A stretch of DNA of 64,000 nt from the human T2T-CHM13v2.0 reference genome, Homo sapiens: assembly GCF_009914755.1 (NCBI RefSeq), contig NC_060931.1; one strand, given 5' to 3'. The first letter of the stretch is position 1. Every line of letters starts with the position of its first letter. A program made the position numbers and the translations under genes. Below are positions 43,412 through 57,585 of this stretch, in pieces. The notes under the pieces are model-generated. The model was not told the DNA's origin and ran no database searches. It worked only from the letters and a program-made list of their open reading frames with translations.

Positions 43412-45160
43412 CTTTTTGTTTAAAAATTATTTTATAATTACAGAAAAATTGCAAAGATAATACAGTTTTCATGTACTTCACACCCAGTTTCCCATATTAC
43501 TAACATGTTACTATTATTTTGGTACATTTGTTAAAATTAACAAGCCAATATTTACATATTATTATTAACTAAAATCAACATTTTATTTAGCTTTTTAAAA
43601 TTCTTGCCTGGTGTCCTTTTTTTTTGTGCCAGGATCCCACCCAGGATACCATTACATTTAATTGTCTCATCTCCTTAGGCTTCTCTTGGATGTGACCATT
43701 TCTCTTACTTTTTATGTTTTTGATGACCTTGGCATTTTTGAAGAGTGCTTATCATTTAAAGACTGTCCTTTCATTGGGATGGATTTGATAGTTTTTTTTT
43801 TTTTTTTCTGATTAGACTGTGTTACTGACTTTTGGGAGGAAGGCCAGAGGAACAGTGCAATTCTCTTTACAGCATATGAAGGATACATATGATGAACATG
43901 ACTTACCACAGTTTATGTTAGGCTTGACTATCAGGCTAGGGAAGTGTTCATGAAGTTGTACCACTGTTAAGTTGCTCTTCTCTCTTCCTTTTCATATTGT
44001 ACTTTTTGGAAGAAAACCACAATGTGCCGCCCACACTTAAGGAAGGAGGAGTTATACTTCACATCCTTAAGGGCAGACTATCTACATAAATTATTTGGAA
44101 TTCTTCTGTATGAGACATTTGTCTCTTATCTTTATTTATTTATTTTGTATGAACCGATGAACATTTATTTTATACCTTGCGTTAAAATCTAATAGTACTT
44201 TATATTTTTTGTTGCTCAAATTGTTCTGGATTTAGCCATTGAGAATTCCTTCAGCTGGGTCCTGTGTGTCTTTGACATATTTTTATCATTTTTGTTTTTA
44301 GCACTTTCTTACTTTTTGGCACTGCAAAATGCTTTAGGCTTATTTTTTATTTCTTGCCCTAGTCCTAGAATCAGGCATTTCTCTAATAAGCTCTAATTCC
44401 CTTACCGGAGAATGTATTAGAAACCAAGATCTAGGTGTCAGGTGCACTCATTGCTATTGGGGTGTCAATGCTTCTAGGCCCTCTCAGCTGATAGGGCAAG
44501 GAAATATATGTGTGTGTACTAACATATGTATATATACAAATCTATGTATATTTATGTACAAACAACTATCTATATATTAAGTTATACATGAGTTCACACT
44601 AATGCCTCCACCTTGAATTCATTACCACATACCAACCACATAGCTCATTGTAGCTGTCTCCCTTTGCTATTTCCCACTCCAACAGGGAGAAACCTGGCTC
44701 ACACAATCCACCATCCATTTACTTATTCAATTCCAGTATACATGTATTGTAGTTTCAGAATTGTTAACCTGTATTACTGTGGAATATGAATTTATCGACA
44801 AAGTATTGTTCTTGTATATAATACCTTTTGCCTTTAATTTTTCCAATTACACCCATTTCCAATGTTACTTAAGTGAGGACATTTTGCCCCTTTTTCAGTA
44901 TGCATCTTTCATACATTCGTAATACAGCTGGATCCTTCTGTCACATTTTGCATTCTATCCTGGAATCTTCCAACCTCTTAAATGTTTCTGTTTTTGTTTT
45001 TAAGTAGCATACATTAAGGTACCGAAAAGTTTTATGGGTTTTGACAAATGTGTACTGTCATATATCCACCACAACAGCGTCATCTAAAATAGTTGAAGCT
45101 CCCCCGTGCTTCATCTGTTCAACCCTGCCCCTCCCTCTGCATGCTTGGAAACCACTTGTT
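43412..45160 (-). mobile_element. L1MC (MC1-3-like) long 3'UTR
   Basis: ttacagaaaaattgcaaagataatacag...ggtacatttgttaaaattaac...ccaggatcccacccaggatacc...gtattagaaaccaagatct. Confidence 0.8.
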
Positions 45161-45277
45161 ACAAACTCATGATTTTGAACTGTAGACTACAAACCTTTAA
45201 AATAATCATATTAATCCTTTGTATTTATGTTTAAAAGTCACCTTATTTAATAAGATAAAAAGAAGAGGTAATATTAG

Positions 45278-46030
45278 GATTGTTCTGGTTATATATTGCT
45301 GCCTAACATATCACCCCAAACTCAGTAACTTAAACAGCAATCATTTCTTTTTCTTTTTTTTTTCTCTACCCCCTTCCCCATGTCAAATCTGCAATTTGGG
45401 CAAGGCTTAGAGAAGGATTATCTCCATTCCTCTACTACATGGAGAAAAAGGATCTCATTTTATCCTTTTGTAGGCCAGTTCCCTTACATAAGATGTTACT
45501 CAATGTACTTTTTGGGAAATTTGTTCAATGCAACCACATTTATTAAGTTCTTATATATACAAGGTATTTGGCTAAGCAATGCGATGAATATAAAAAATGC
45601 AAAGATAGGCTGTGATTCCTGCTCCCAAAGAATTTATAAATCTAGGTCATATTAATTTTAATGGAGATTTAGGTATTATAACAAACACCAAAATAGCAGT
45701 GGCTGAAGCAAGATAAAACAGCATTTCTTTTTCAGGTTACAATATAATATAAGTGATTAAGGGTTGGTATGGTGAATTTACAATGTCAGAGACCCATTTT
45801 TCTTCTATCTAATTGTTTTACCAACCCTAGGACCAAAGTCTTCCTCAAATATCATCACACTCTGGGTGATGGAAGGCTAAAAGGAGGGACAGAAGGAGAA
45901 CATTACTTTCTTTAAGGTCATGACTTGGAAATTGATCACACCAACTCTGTTTACATCTTATTGGTGAGGTTGCTGTCACGTGACCACACCTATAGTCAGT
46001 GGAAGATGAGAAAGCAATATTTAGCTGAAA
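45278..46030 (-). mobile_element. Old MLT1 LTR fragments
   Basis: tattgctgcctaacatatcaccccaaactcagtaacttaaacagc; aaaatagcagtggctgaagcaag. Confidence 0.55.
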
Positions 46031-46699
46031 TTAATATAATCCATTCAAATGTTATAATACTTAAGGTAGATGGGGAGAATATTGCCACAAGGGATATATA
46101 ACTTGTATTGAAAAATGACTATGATACAAGGAAGAAAGTCATTACTCCTTGTAAGGCTGATATAAACTGTGATTTGGGGATTCAAAAAAATAGAGGTTAA
46201 TTCTGAAGGTAATAAGTAGGAAAGTATAGACACACAAATATGAGCATTTAAATATGAGTAAGAATATGAAAGACTGAATCCTGACCAGAGTCAGAAAGAT
46301 ATAACGTTTAATCTTGGGTGAGCAGAAACTCCAGTCTAGTTTTAAGTCATGTTTCAAGAGTGGAAGTAGCTAAAGCCAAAGCAAGAAAGGCAAGTCAGTA
46401 GCCAGTTGTAGATGACTTTTATTTTTAGGATATGTTCTAAAAGGAAGCTTGTGGATGGGCTTTGCTAAATGTATGACACATAATAGGTTATTAGTAAACA
46501 TTAGATTATTTTCTTTCATAAGAATTTAGGTTTATTCTAAATTTACTAATTTTCTTTTTAATGAAAGAAAGTGACATATAACCTTACTTTGGAGAAGTTA
46601 CTATTTGTGCAAGAGGGTGGTGGAAAGTAACTGATTGACTGCTGTGACATGGGTTAGCAGTAGTCTCCAGAAGAGAGGTGATTCCAAAGTTAAAAAAGA

Positions 46700-47030
46700 A
46701 TTCTTAGACATGAAAAACTCGATAGACTCAAAAACAGACGTAAGATGGCAAAAGAATCAGTGACTTCAATCATAAGTCAATTGAAATTATTCAGTTTGAA
46801 GAACAGAGACAAAAAGTTTAAAGAAAATAAAGCAGAAATACAAAGACATGTAGGAAAACATTCAACATTCAACATATATGTAATGAGATTCCAAGAAGAA
46901 AACAATAGAAAGGAGAAGAAAAAGATTTGCATATATAATGGCTCTAAATAATCCTCAGTGGGGTAAAGACAAGAAGAGCCATATCTAGACATGTTATAGC
47001 CAAACTCACGAAAATCAAATACAAGGTGAA
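46700..47030 (+). mobile_element. Old L1M ORF1 remnant
   Basis: Coiled-coil/RRM-like L1 ORF1 phrases (tagactc...gcaaaagaatcagtgactt; atctagacatgttatagccaaact). Confidence 0.6.
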
Positions 47031-47042
47031 CCATCATTTACA

Positions 47043-47910
47043 TTTTCTTTTTTTGAAATTTTTACATTTATTTACTTTTTTAAAAAATACTTTTAGATTG
47101 AGGGGTACATGTGCAGGTTTGTTACATAGATAAACCTGTGTCCTGGGTATTTGTTGTGCAGATTCTCTCATTACCCAGGTATTAAGCCTAGTGCTCATTA
47201 GTTATTTTTCCTGATCCTCTCCTTACTCTCACCCCTTACCCTCCAACAGGCCCCAGTGTGTGTTGTTCCCTTTAAAAGTGAGAACATGTTGTATTTGTTT
47301 TTCTGTTCTTGTGTTCATTTGCTAAGGATAATGGCCTCTAGCTCCATCTATGTCCCTGCAAAAGAAATGATCTCATTCTTTTTTATGGCTGCATAGTATT
47401 CCAGGGTGTATATGTACCACATTCTCTTTATCCAGTGTATCATTATTGGTGGGCATTTAGGTTGACTCCATGTCTTTGCTATTGTGAATAGTGATGCTAT
47501 GAACATATGCATACATGTGTCTTTATAATAGAATGATTTATATTCCTTTGGATATATTCTCAGCAATGGGATAGCTAGGTGAAACAGAATTTCTGGAATT
47601 CAGTATATTCCCAGTAACGGGATTGCTGGGTCAAATAGAATTTCTGTTTTTAGGTATTTGAGGAATCACCACACTGTCTTCCACAATGACTGAACTAATT
47701 TACACTCCCACCAACAGTATGTAAGTGTTCCTTTTTCTCCACAACCTTCCCAGCATGTTATTTTTTGACTTTTTAATGACAGCCGTTCTGACTGGTGTGA
47801 GATGGTATCTCATTGTGGTTTTGATTTGCATTTCTCTAATGATTAGTGATGTTGAACTTTTTAAATATGTTTCTTGGCCACATGTATTATATGTATGTCT
47901 TCCTTTGAGA
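47043..47910 (-). mobile_element. 5'-truncated L1PA (PA11-15-like) 3' end
   Basis: ggggtacatgtgcaggtttgttacatag...caggtattaagcctag; ORF2 C-terminal remnant in track ORF 47348-47566. Confidence 0.88.
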
Positions 47911-48689
47911 AGGAAAATATCTTGAAAATTCCAGTGCCTTTGGAAAAAGAGCCAATATGCACACTTGCTTTGCCTTTCTCAGGCACACAGCATCAATCTT
48001 TGTAGACAATGGTTACAGTTGTTTCTTGACAGTGAATTCTAAATGTAAATCATTATCAGAGGTATTAACAGTTGACTGCTCAGAGAAATTCTCTGAACTA
48101 GTAAAGGAGAAACCTAGACACCAGCACCCTTTTATTTTCTTGATGCTGTATTATAATTTCAGAGCCAAGAAACAGTCAACTTCAGAACTACTTGAGAGGA
48201 AGTACTTGAAAGTAGAGAGAGAAAAAGGAAAGTAAAAAGACTAAAGGAGGGTGAAGGAAAAAGCTTAAATGAATCAAGTCAAAAGGAGATGACTAAATGA
48301 TAGATAAACTCCAATTTGTCTATGAATAAAACATGGTGTATGCCATATTTATTTTTGTATTATACATTGTAATTATAAAAACAGTGGAAAGAAGCTGATA
48401 AAAGATAAGTTATCTGGAGGCAATTTAAAATAATTGTTTGGAAAAATGTCAGTAGACATTGCTGCAAATTATGTTTTGCAGAAATAGCACATTCTAGTAT
48501 ACGTGAAAATTAAAATAATACATTAATGTTATGTCATTTTATAGTCTTGCTTCCAATAGTAAAGTGCAAGTTTGATTTAAGCACTATGATATTAAAAACA
48601 AATTATTTTTTGCCACAATATGATTCACTGAATTTTCTATGGTTTTTCTTTTTTGTATTTCATTGGTTTTTCTGCTTTTATTTTTATTT

Positions 48690-51600
48690 CTGCTCTTGTA
48701 CTTGTTTTGAATTTATTTTGCTCTTTTATCTCAAGATAAAAACTTAGATTAATTATTTAAGCCTTTTTTCTTCTCTTACACAAGCATTTAATACTATAAA
48801 TCTATTCTTTTATTGCAGCCCACAAGTTTCATATATTGGGTTTCTACTTACATTATATTCTAAACGTTTTATTTTTGAGCCATGGCGTGCTTTGACCCAT
48901 GTGTGCTGTTTAATTTCTAAATAATGTTGTCTGAAAATATGTCTTGTATTATTTTAACTCTTTTCAACTTATTGCAGTTTGTTTCATGGCCGAAAATATA
49001 GTCTATCTTGGTGAATATTCCATTGCGTCTGAAAATGTGCATTCTGCTCTCACTAGAAGGGTACTCTACAAACATCAACTAGGTTGACTTAGTTGATAAT
49101 GTTCTTTAGGTCTTCTATATTTTTATACATTTTCATCTACTTTTTCTGCCACTTACTTAAAGAAGAGTATTGAATCTCCCACTGTAACTGTTGATTGGTC
49201 CATTTTTTCCTTTCAGTTCCATCACTTATTCCTTCCTGTATTATGAAGTTTTATTTTTATGTACATATAAACATTTAGGAATGTTATGTCCTCTTTATAA
49301 ATTATAATCATATATGTCCTGGCAATATTCCTAGTTCTGAAGTCTATTTTTATCTGACATTCATAAAGCCACTCAGTTTTCTTTTGCATATTGCTTCCAT
49401 GACATATAGTTTTCATCCTTTTACTTTTAACCTTTCTATGACTTCATATTTGAAATGTTTTCCAATTTCTATAGTTGGTTCTTACCTTACCTGCCATCCT
49501 TATCTATAATCCAATCTGACAATTTCTGCCTTTTAATTGGTTTTTGATCATTAGAATTTACTGTAATTGCTGTTATTTATATATTTTTTAAATTAATTAT
49601 ACCAAGCTGGTGGTGATTGTCTATTTATCCCATCTGTCCTTTGCTTTTTTCTTTCTCTTTCATTATTTTTATTATTTATTTTTATTTCCACTATTGGAAG
49701 CATATTAGTAATACCCTTATTTTCTAGTGACTTTCCTAGGATTTGCAATGTATATCTGTAACTTATCACAGATAATCTCCAAATATTACTGTACCAATTA
49801 GTGTATAGTTTAAGCAGATTACAACATGTTACATTGCTCCCTCTTATTTTTGTGCCACAATTGTCATTCATCTTACTTTTGCACATTGTATAAACCCACA
49901 ATCATGTTACTATTTTTTTGCTTTAGACAGCCAATTCTCTTTACAGCGACTGAAAATAAGAAAACAAATATTTTATGCTTGCCCTCACTTTACTGTTTCC
50001 AGTGCTCTTCATTTCTTTCTGTGCAACCAAATTTCCATTTGGTATGTTTCTTCTGTTTGAAGAATTTCCTTTAACATTTCTTATTGTATATACGTGCTGA
50101 CAATATATTCTTCTTTAATTTACCTTAAAAAGTACTTTATTTTGCTATTCTTTTTGAAGAACACTTTTACTGGGAATGGAATTCAGATTCAAGAGGTTTT
50201 TCTCTTTCAGCACTTTGAAGATGTTATGTCATTGTATTCTGACTTGCTTAGCTACCGATAAGGAGTCTGTGGTCAATCTTACCTTTGCTTGTCTCTGCCT
50301 GACTTCATGGTTTCCTCATTATCTTTTATTTTCAGCAGTTTGGCTGTAGTATTTCCAGTTTTATTTTGTTTTGCTTTTGGAATGTATGTTAGTCTGATAT
50401 TTTCCCACAGCTCTTAATTTCTCTATTCTGTATTTTTTGTCAGTTTTGTCTGTTTGTTTTCCTCTTCTTATTTCAGTTTCAATAATTTATTTTGCTCTAT
50501 CTTCAAATTTACTCAATCCTTGTTTCCAGTCTTATAATGAGAACATCAAAGGAATTTTTTGTCTCTGTTACCATAGGATTTAAATTTTTTTTAGCATTTT
50601 CATTAGACTAATTCTTACAGTTTCCATTCCTCTAATGAAATCCGCTATCATTAATTCTTATAGTTTCCATTCCATTCCTTATAGTTTCCATTCCAAATCC
50701 ACTCTCTGTTCATGCATGTGGTCCATCATGTCCTCTAGATCCTTTAACATATCTATTATATTAAGTTTAGTTTTAAATCTTGTCTGATAATGCCAACTTA
50801 TGGATCAATTCTAAGTCTGGTTCTATTGACTGCTTTATCTCTTTCCAATGAGTCATTGTTCTTGCATGTTTTGTTTGTCTTATAATTTTTTATTAAATGC
50901 TGACATAATATGTAGAATAGTAGAACCTTAGGGTAACAATATGTATGGTAGAAATGCCTCTTCTTCTGTCAGAACATTAGTATGAATCAAAGAAATCATC
51001 AATTGAGCAGAGTTTTGGTTTTGGTGTTGTAATATTGGAATTCACCTTCAGTGCATCACAGGCTTCACATTTCTCCCGTGGTTGGCAGGGGTTACCTTGT
51101 GTTTTGATCAGTGTTTTTACTCAACTCTCAGCTTTAGAAATTTCTTCACATCTGAGCCAAGGAGTAGAGGCTTGGTTGATGCTCTTGTTCTTTCTCTAGC
51201 AGTAGACTGCTATTGCTTATTACTTGGTATTAGTCTCATGTTAAGAATTAGGTCATGTTTCCTCCTCCTCTGCCCCCTCTCTTTTCTTGTCTATCTTCAA
51301 TATTTGGAAAGCTCTGTGCTCCTAGGCCTCAAAGGTGGAGCTTTGCTTGCATTCCTTCCCCTTCCCTCTCATGGTAGCTGAACTCTGTATTGTGTTTGTG
51401 GTTGATCTAGGGCAGGGATAATTTTTTTGCCCCTTATCTAGTGTGATATGGTTTGGTGGTTTCCCAACCCAAATCTCATCTTAAATTGTAGCTCCCACAA
51501 TTCCCACATGTCATGGAATGACCTGGTGGGAGGTAATTGAATCATGGGGACGGGTCTTTCCTGTACTGTTCTTGTGATAGTGAATAAGGCTTATGAGATC

Positions 51601-52555
51601 TGATGGTTTTATAAGGGGGAGTTTCCCTGCACACGCTCTCTATTTACTGCTGCCATGTTAGACATGACTTTGTTTCTCATTCGCCTTCTGCCATGATTGT
51701 GAGGCCTCTCAGCCATGTGGAACTGTGAGTTTATTAAACCTCTTTTTCTTTGTAAATTACCCAGTCTTAAGTATGTCTTTATTAGCAGCATGAGAACAGA
51801 CTGTTCTCATGAGATTATGAGACAGAACATAGTGTTAGCTGATCATGCTTGCTATTGGTTTTGGATCCCAGAGTCAAGAAGATTTTCTGTCCTTTCCCAA
51901 TGGGCATAGAGTTTTTGCTTATATACATCTCCCAGCAGCAAAGGACCTTAGCTTGTGTCCTGAAGTTGATGACTATTTCTGCCCCAGTGCTAGTGGCAGT
52001 GAGTTTTCATTCTACACATGTACTCAAACAATAGATTTTTACCTAGGTTCTGGGGAATGAGAGAGTTTGCTGCTCTTCCTCAAATGACTTAAAACTTTTC
52101 ATTTATAGAATAAAAAGTGCAAAGAAGCTTAGCAGCGAGGGTACTCTCCCATTTCCTTTCTTGCACCGGTCTTTTTTATGAGCACTTGGGTGGTGGGGGA
52201 AGGACATGGAAAAGAGCTTATGAGTCAGTGCAGAAACCCCTGTTTCTGGGGACATCGAGTATTACCGCTGACATTCTAGTGCTTTGACAATTTGTTAACA
52301 TTTTAGCTCATTTATTTTTGTCTGTGTGTTTGATGGCCACCAGTTTCTCCTGTGCCTTGACATAAGTGAAATGACTTGTGTGCACTGTCTCTCCTTTTAT
52401 AGGCTTGTCATTCTATGGAATTCAGTTTTCTTGGTTGCCTGGAGACCTCAGCTGTCTGAAAGGCTCTAGAAAAATTATGATTTTGTTGATGATCTGTCTT
52501 TCCCTCATTAGTGTGAAAGCAGCATTCTCTTGTGGCTTTTTACATCCTCATCCCA
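48690..52555 (-). mobile_element. Old L1M (L1MC/MD-like) endonuclease region, ORF1 and 5'UTR remnants
   Basis: T-rich strand with reverse-complement ORF2 EN and ORF1 phrases (gtctatcttggtgaatattcc; ttctctttcagcactttgaagatg). Confidence 0.7.
51444..51829 (+). mobile_element. THE1C/B-type solo LTR with a rearranged 3' tip
   Basis: tgatatggtttgg...gtatgtctttattagcagcatgagaacagact; TSD TAGTG at 51439-51443 and 51830-51834. Confidence 0.9.
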
Positions 52556-53989
52556 AGTGAAATCATATCAATTTTGATAGATGCTTATTTCTGTGCTATC
52601 TTAATGAAGAATTAAACATATTTTCTATTTATTTAATCTAGAATTTTAGTTGTTTTTCATAGAAAGGTCTTCAGGGGGTTTTGGTAGGAAAACTCTATAT
52701 TTAAATGATTGTTATATATTTAAGGATTATCACTAGAACATTGTAAATAACATAGTATAATTTCCAAACCATTAGAGAAAAACAACCCCACAGAATTGGA
52801 CAGATTTAACTAAAGGCAAGGTCCACAATGACACTACTTTTCATCAAATGAAAAAAAAATCCATGTGCTATTTCAGAGAACCCTCTTGAATTGAAACACT
52901 CTGCATTATTTATTTATTTTCTAAATTCAGATTTTTCTAGAGAACAATACAAGATTTTCTTCTGTGAAGAAGTTTTTCATTTCCCTTAATGTCTACACTG
53001 GAGAAATGGACTTGCATTTTGATTAGGCTAATCATTATTAGTGTTGTCATTCACCACTAGCCCCTCAAGAGCATTTAGTTAAAAAAAAATCCAACATTAA
53101 GGGCAAATTATTCTATTGAATGGAAGAATGTTTTAGGACTTTTTTCCCAGGGGAAAAGAATATCTTTTCTGATCTTTGCTTTTAAGTGCTGTGAAAATCT
53201 ATTACACTTTCATGTTTGTGCTACACAGCTCAAAAACACAGTGAGTGTAATTTCCTTTTTTGAGGCCATTTTGTTATGGGAATAATGGAGAAATGTGTTG
53301 CTACAGTACCACAAAGTCATTTTTGTATAGATAAGTTGATAGTTGTGATAAGGAACTTGATATAATTAACTCTCACAGTTTAATTCTCACAGGGTATTTA
53401 CATTCACCACTCCTTACCTAAGATAAAAGAAACAATCTTTGGGTTTTTTCCTTCAAATTCTGGAATGTCTTTAAGAAAGAATACTGGAAGCTTGCCCTTC
53501 TCTTAAAAGACCCCTCCAGCTGTAAAATTCAATGACTCTTTAGTATCAGTTTTCTTAAAGGAGTTAGTAGATGAGGAATTTATCTTAAATCCTATCCCAG
53601 ATTTTCTAACTGAAGTATTAGTATGTGGCAGTTCCCCAGCATGGAACCAAGAATAGTGAGATGTGATAAAGCTTCACTGTCTTTTGTAGCATGTTTTCTG
53701 GAAGAAAAAATAGAATCATTTCTGTATTGTGTAGTGTGATGAACAATTAAAAATAATACTGTTTGCAAGCTCTCTGATTTAGAATTCTAAGCTGAATTCA
53801 TGTCTATAAATTGCCTTTAATATGTAAATGTCTTGAACAAGCATTTGTAGTACATTCAATTTAGAGGGTGCATTTAAATTCATTTCTTAGAATAATACTC
53901 TGAGTTAGGTTGAGTTTATTTCCATCCTATAGAGAAAAATTAGTAAAGAAAGAGTTTTTCATCTATCCAAGCATGGGCACTAAGTAACA

Positions 53990-54870
53990 ATGAGGCATTC
54001 ATTTATTCCTTCATTCATTCACTCACTCACTAACTACGTTTTCATGGAGGGCCTTCTTTGATGTAGGCTCTCTGTTAAAAACTGAAAATACGTAGATGAA
54101 ATTCATTCCTGATCTTAAGGTGACTATAATCCAGTAGGAAGCCAGAAGCCAAAATAAACAATGAATGTAATATAATAATCGTTATAATAAGAGTATGAAC
54201 AAAATGCAGTGAGAACATAGGCAAAGGATAATGTAATTCTATTTGGGAGTATTCCGGAAGACAAAGTATTACGGAAGAGGTCCTTGAGGATTAGCACAGA
54301 ACTATTAAATGACCTATTAAAGAGGGAGTAGATATCTGCTAGTCACATGTCAGAAGCTAAGGGTTGGGTGGAAAGCAGAACTTTCAAGATATATGGGATA
54401 GCATGTTCAAAGTCTGGCAGGAATCACCAGTGTTTCTGTAATCATGGAGCAGAAGTTGAGTGCAGAGATGGGAGAAAAAGATAGGCAGTAATGAAAGATT
54501 TTACATATTTTTCTAAAAGTTTAAAGCTTCAACCTTAGAAAGTAGGAAACCATTGGAAAGTTTAAAGAAAAATCCAAAGGATTAGATTTGCATTTCAAAA
54601 ATGCAACTGTGACTTCACTGTGAAAGGTAGAACTAGAAGGCACAAGATTTATTCTTTCTTTCTGTATTCCACAAACACTGTTAGAGAAAGGGCACTCTGT
54701 TGAGCACTAGGAGTATACTACTAAGAGGCTAGCCAGGTTCCTAGCTAGTAGAGTGTAGTCTAATGGAACAGATGCACAGAAATTAAGGAAATAAATACTC
54801 CAGAGTTTGCAAACTGAATGAAGGGAAGAGTGTCAGCTAGAATGATTAGGAAAGGACTCTCTGAGAACTT
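53990..54870 (-). mobile_element. L2 remnants (two pieces)
   Basis: cattcatttattccttcattcattcactcactc...; gattagatttgcatttcaaaaa. Confidence 0.6.
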
Positions 54871-55727
54871 TCACTGTTAAAAATTACACACTGCTTGTGA
54901 CAAACCTTACAATTGATTATCACAATCAGGCAGTCATGGTACTTGAGCTGTGAGTGCTGAGGAACTCGCAGGTAGTGTTCAATGTGGAATTTGTTCTCTT
55001 ACATCTTTTACCCAAGAAGATTAAAAAACTTGTTTCACTGCAATTATACAAAGAAGTATTTTTGCAATAAGTATTATTCAAGACTTAAGGTGGATAAGAG
55101 CAATACCTCTGGAAGCTATCGCACTTTTACGGCTCTTCAAACAGGAACAGAAATCACTGAAGTCTGTATTTAACGACTGCGGTTAGAGCAATCACAAAGC
55201 AGTAGAATGATACCTCACTGTAGTTAGTATATGAAGTTTCATGTAACAGAATAACTAGATCTGTGTGCACTGGCAATGATTACAATGAGCCATGGGGTAG
55301 TATGTTGTACTGAAGTGGGTCTGGGCATAGTGTAGCAATAGCTATCACTAACGAGTCTCCATTAGGGTGCAGAAAAGTCATTTTACAAGCTTCCCAGCCA
55401 TTAACTTATGATTCAGAACAGAATCACAGCCTATTTTCAAAAATGTTATTATGTGTGTATATGTGTATTTCAATTATATATTATAAAACTATAAAATATA
55501 GATTTATATAATGTAGGATCTCTTTTTCTCAACTAAATCTTTGTTTTTAAAAATTATTCCAAGGAATCTTTCACTAATTTACCTGGATTGGTTAGAGTCT
55601 ATAGCAATTGTATACACAAAGTAAGCAATATCTCTTTTGTAATGAAATAAGAACAATACCTACTCCTGCATGATATATTGGCAAATAGTCAATGCTTATT
55701 AAATTAAAGGGATGCTCATTTCATTGG

Positions 55728-55975
55728 GGAAGTATTGTATTATAGTGGTTAGGAGTGTTAGCTCAGTTCTCAGGTGGCCTGGGTTCCAATCCTAGGTCTG
55801 CTATCTGTTAGTTAGCTTGAACCATAGACAAGTTACCTAAACTTGCTAAGTCCTAGTTTCTTCACATTTAGAATAGGAAGAGAAATGCTACCTAAAAATA
55901 GGCTGGTTGTAAGATTTCAATGAAATAATCCACAAAGTATGCTTGGCACAGTCTGTGACACATAGTAACTGTTTG
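55728..55975 (+). mobile_element. MIR
   Basis: atagtggttaggag...cctgggttccaatcct...caagttacctaaactt...gttgtaagatttcaatgaaataat...cttggcacagt. Confidence 0.8.
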
Positions 55976-57296
55976 GTGTTTTAACTACTGATTATTTAGC
56001 AATGAATATTGCACATGACCTCCCTAAGGAAAAATAATTTACTGGCTAACATCAAAAATGCAGTTGGAAACAGGGGCTTATTTTGCTCTGAATAAAGCTA
56101 ACAAATCTGTGTACAATTAAAAGTTCATCTCATGATAAAAAAGAGGGGAAAAATAATCCTAATCTTTATCCAGTTCAAGAAGTTTCAGTGATCCAGGTTC
56201 CACAACGTGGATATATATCTAACATGGGATTCATATGGTAATCATTTCTAACAGGGTTTTCTAGTTAACACATTGGTAGTTTTTATTGGCATTATAATTT
56301 GTGTTAAGGACCAAAATCTCTTGGCATGTTTTCACTTAAGTGATTTCAAGAAATGTTTAAAAATCAAAGCTTACATTTCTAAATTTAAATGTTAATGAAA
56401 GAGGATAAGCTGTTAATACTCTTTTGAGATGCTGTTTAGTGAGGTGAGTTGGTGTTTAGTGGGGTATTCCCATTAAAATTAATGTCTTAATTCTGGGAGA
56501 TGAATGGTAAAGAGAAACAAATAAAGTCAAATAAAAACTCTCCTTGGCTTTTCCAATAATTTGAAAGATATGTTAAAATGAACAAATGATGACCACTATT
56601 TTTTTCCACTGCTAGGGATGTTTAAAATATATCTAAATATTAATAGAAACAGAAAAAATTCTTGTTGTTGCCATGTCTAAAATGTTTGGGAATTATAGGT
56701 AAAAACGCTCTTTAATAAAATTAACATTGTTATTTTAAAACTATTTTTACCTCTCTTAGGTCTGTAGAATATTTTGGTCCCCAGACAGCAGTGACTATAT
56801 CTTACTCATTTTGTGATTCCTTCAAGGCAAGGCACATAAAAGATAGTCAACAAATGCTTGCTTGATCACCATAATGTTCATGACACCTTTCACTTATACA
56901 AAGTTTTACTCTAAAGAGAATGCGTTCTAATTGGATTCATGTGTAAAAAGTTCACCAAAATATCTCCATTTGGAATTTTACTAATAAATAGACTTCCCTG
57001 TCACTATTAGGGCTTATTGAGAGGATAAAAGATGGAATAATTTTAGCCTGTACTGACAAGGTTTTATATTGATATCTATTGACCTTTTCCAGAGACACCA
57101 GTAGCAGAAAGGTTGGAAAGAGAAATGTGTTTTAAAAATCTATAGTACAGAATGGAAAAGATACAACCCAAATTAATTTTGACAGCCATAAAATCATGAA
57201 GGTCGTATTTATTGGATTTGAAATAAGGTGTATTTTTTAAAAATAAATTATAAAACTCATAAAGTTGAATAGATATGTACTTAAAAGCTTGATTTT

Positions 57297-57585
<289 letters not shown>

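Noticed and set aside
47957-48235. 92-aa + ORF, and an exon-like minus segment at ~48017-48097
   Set aside because: Weak donor (ACT|gtaacc) and no recognisable homology.
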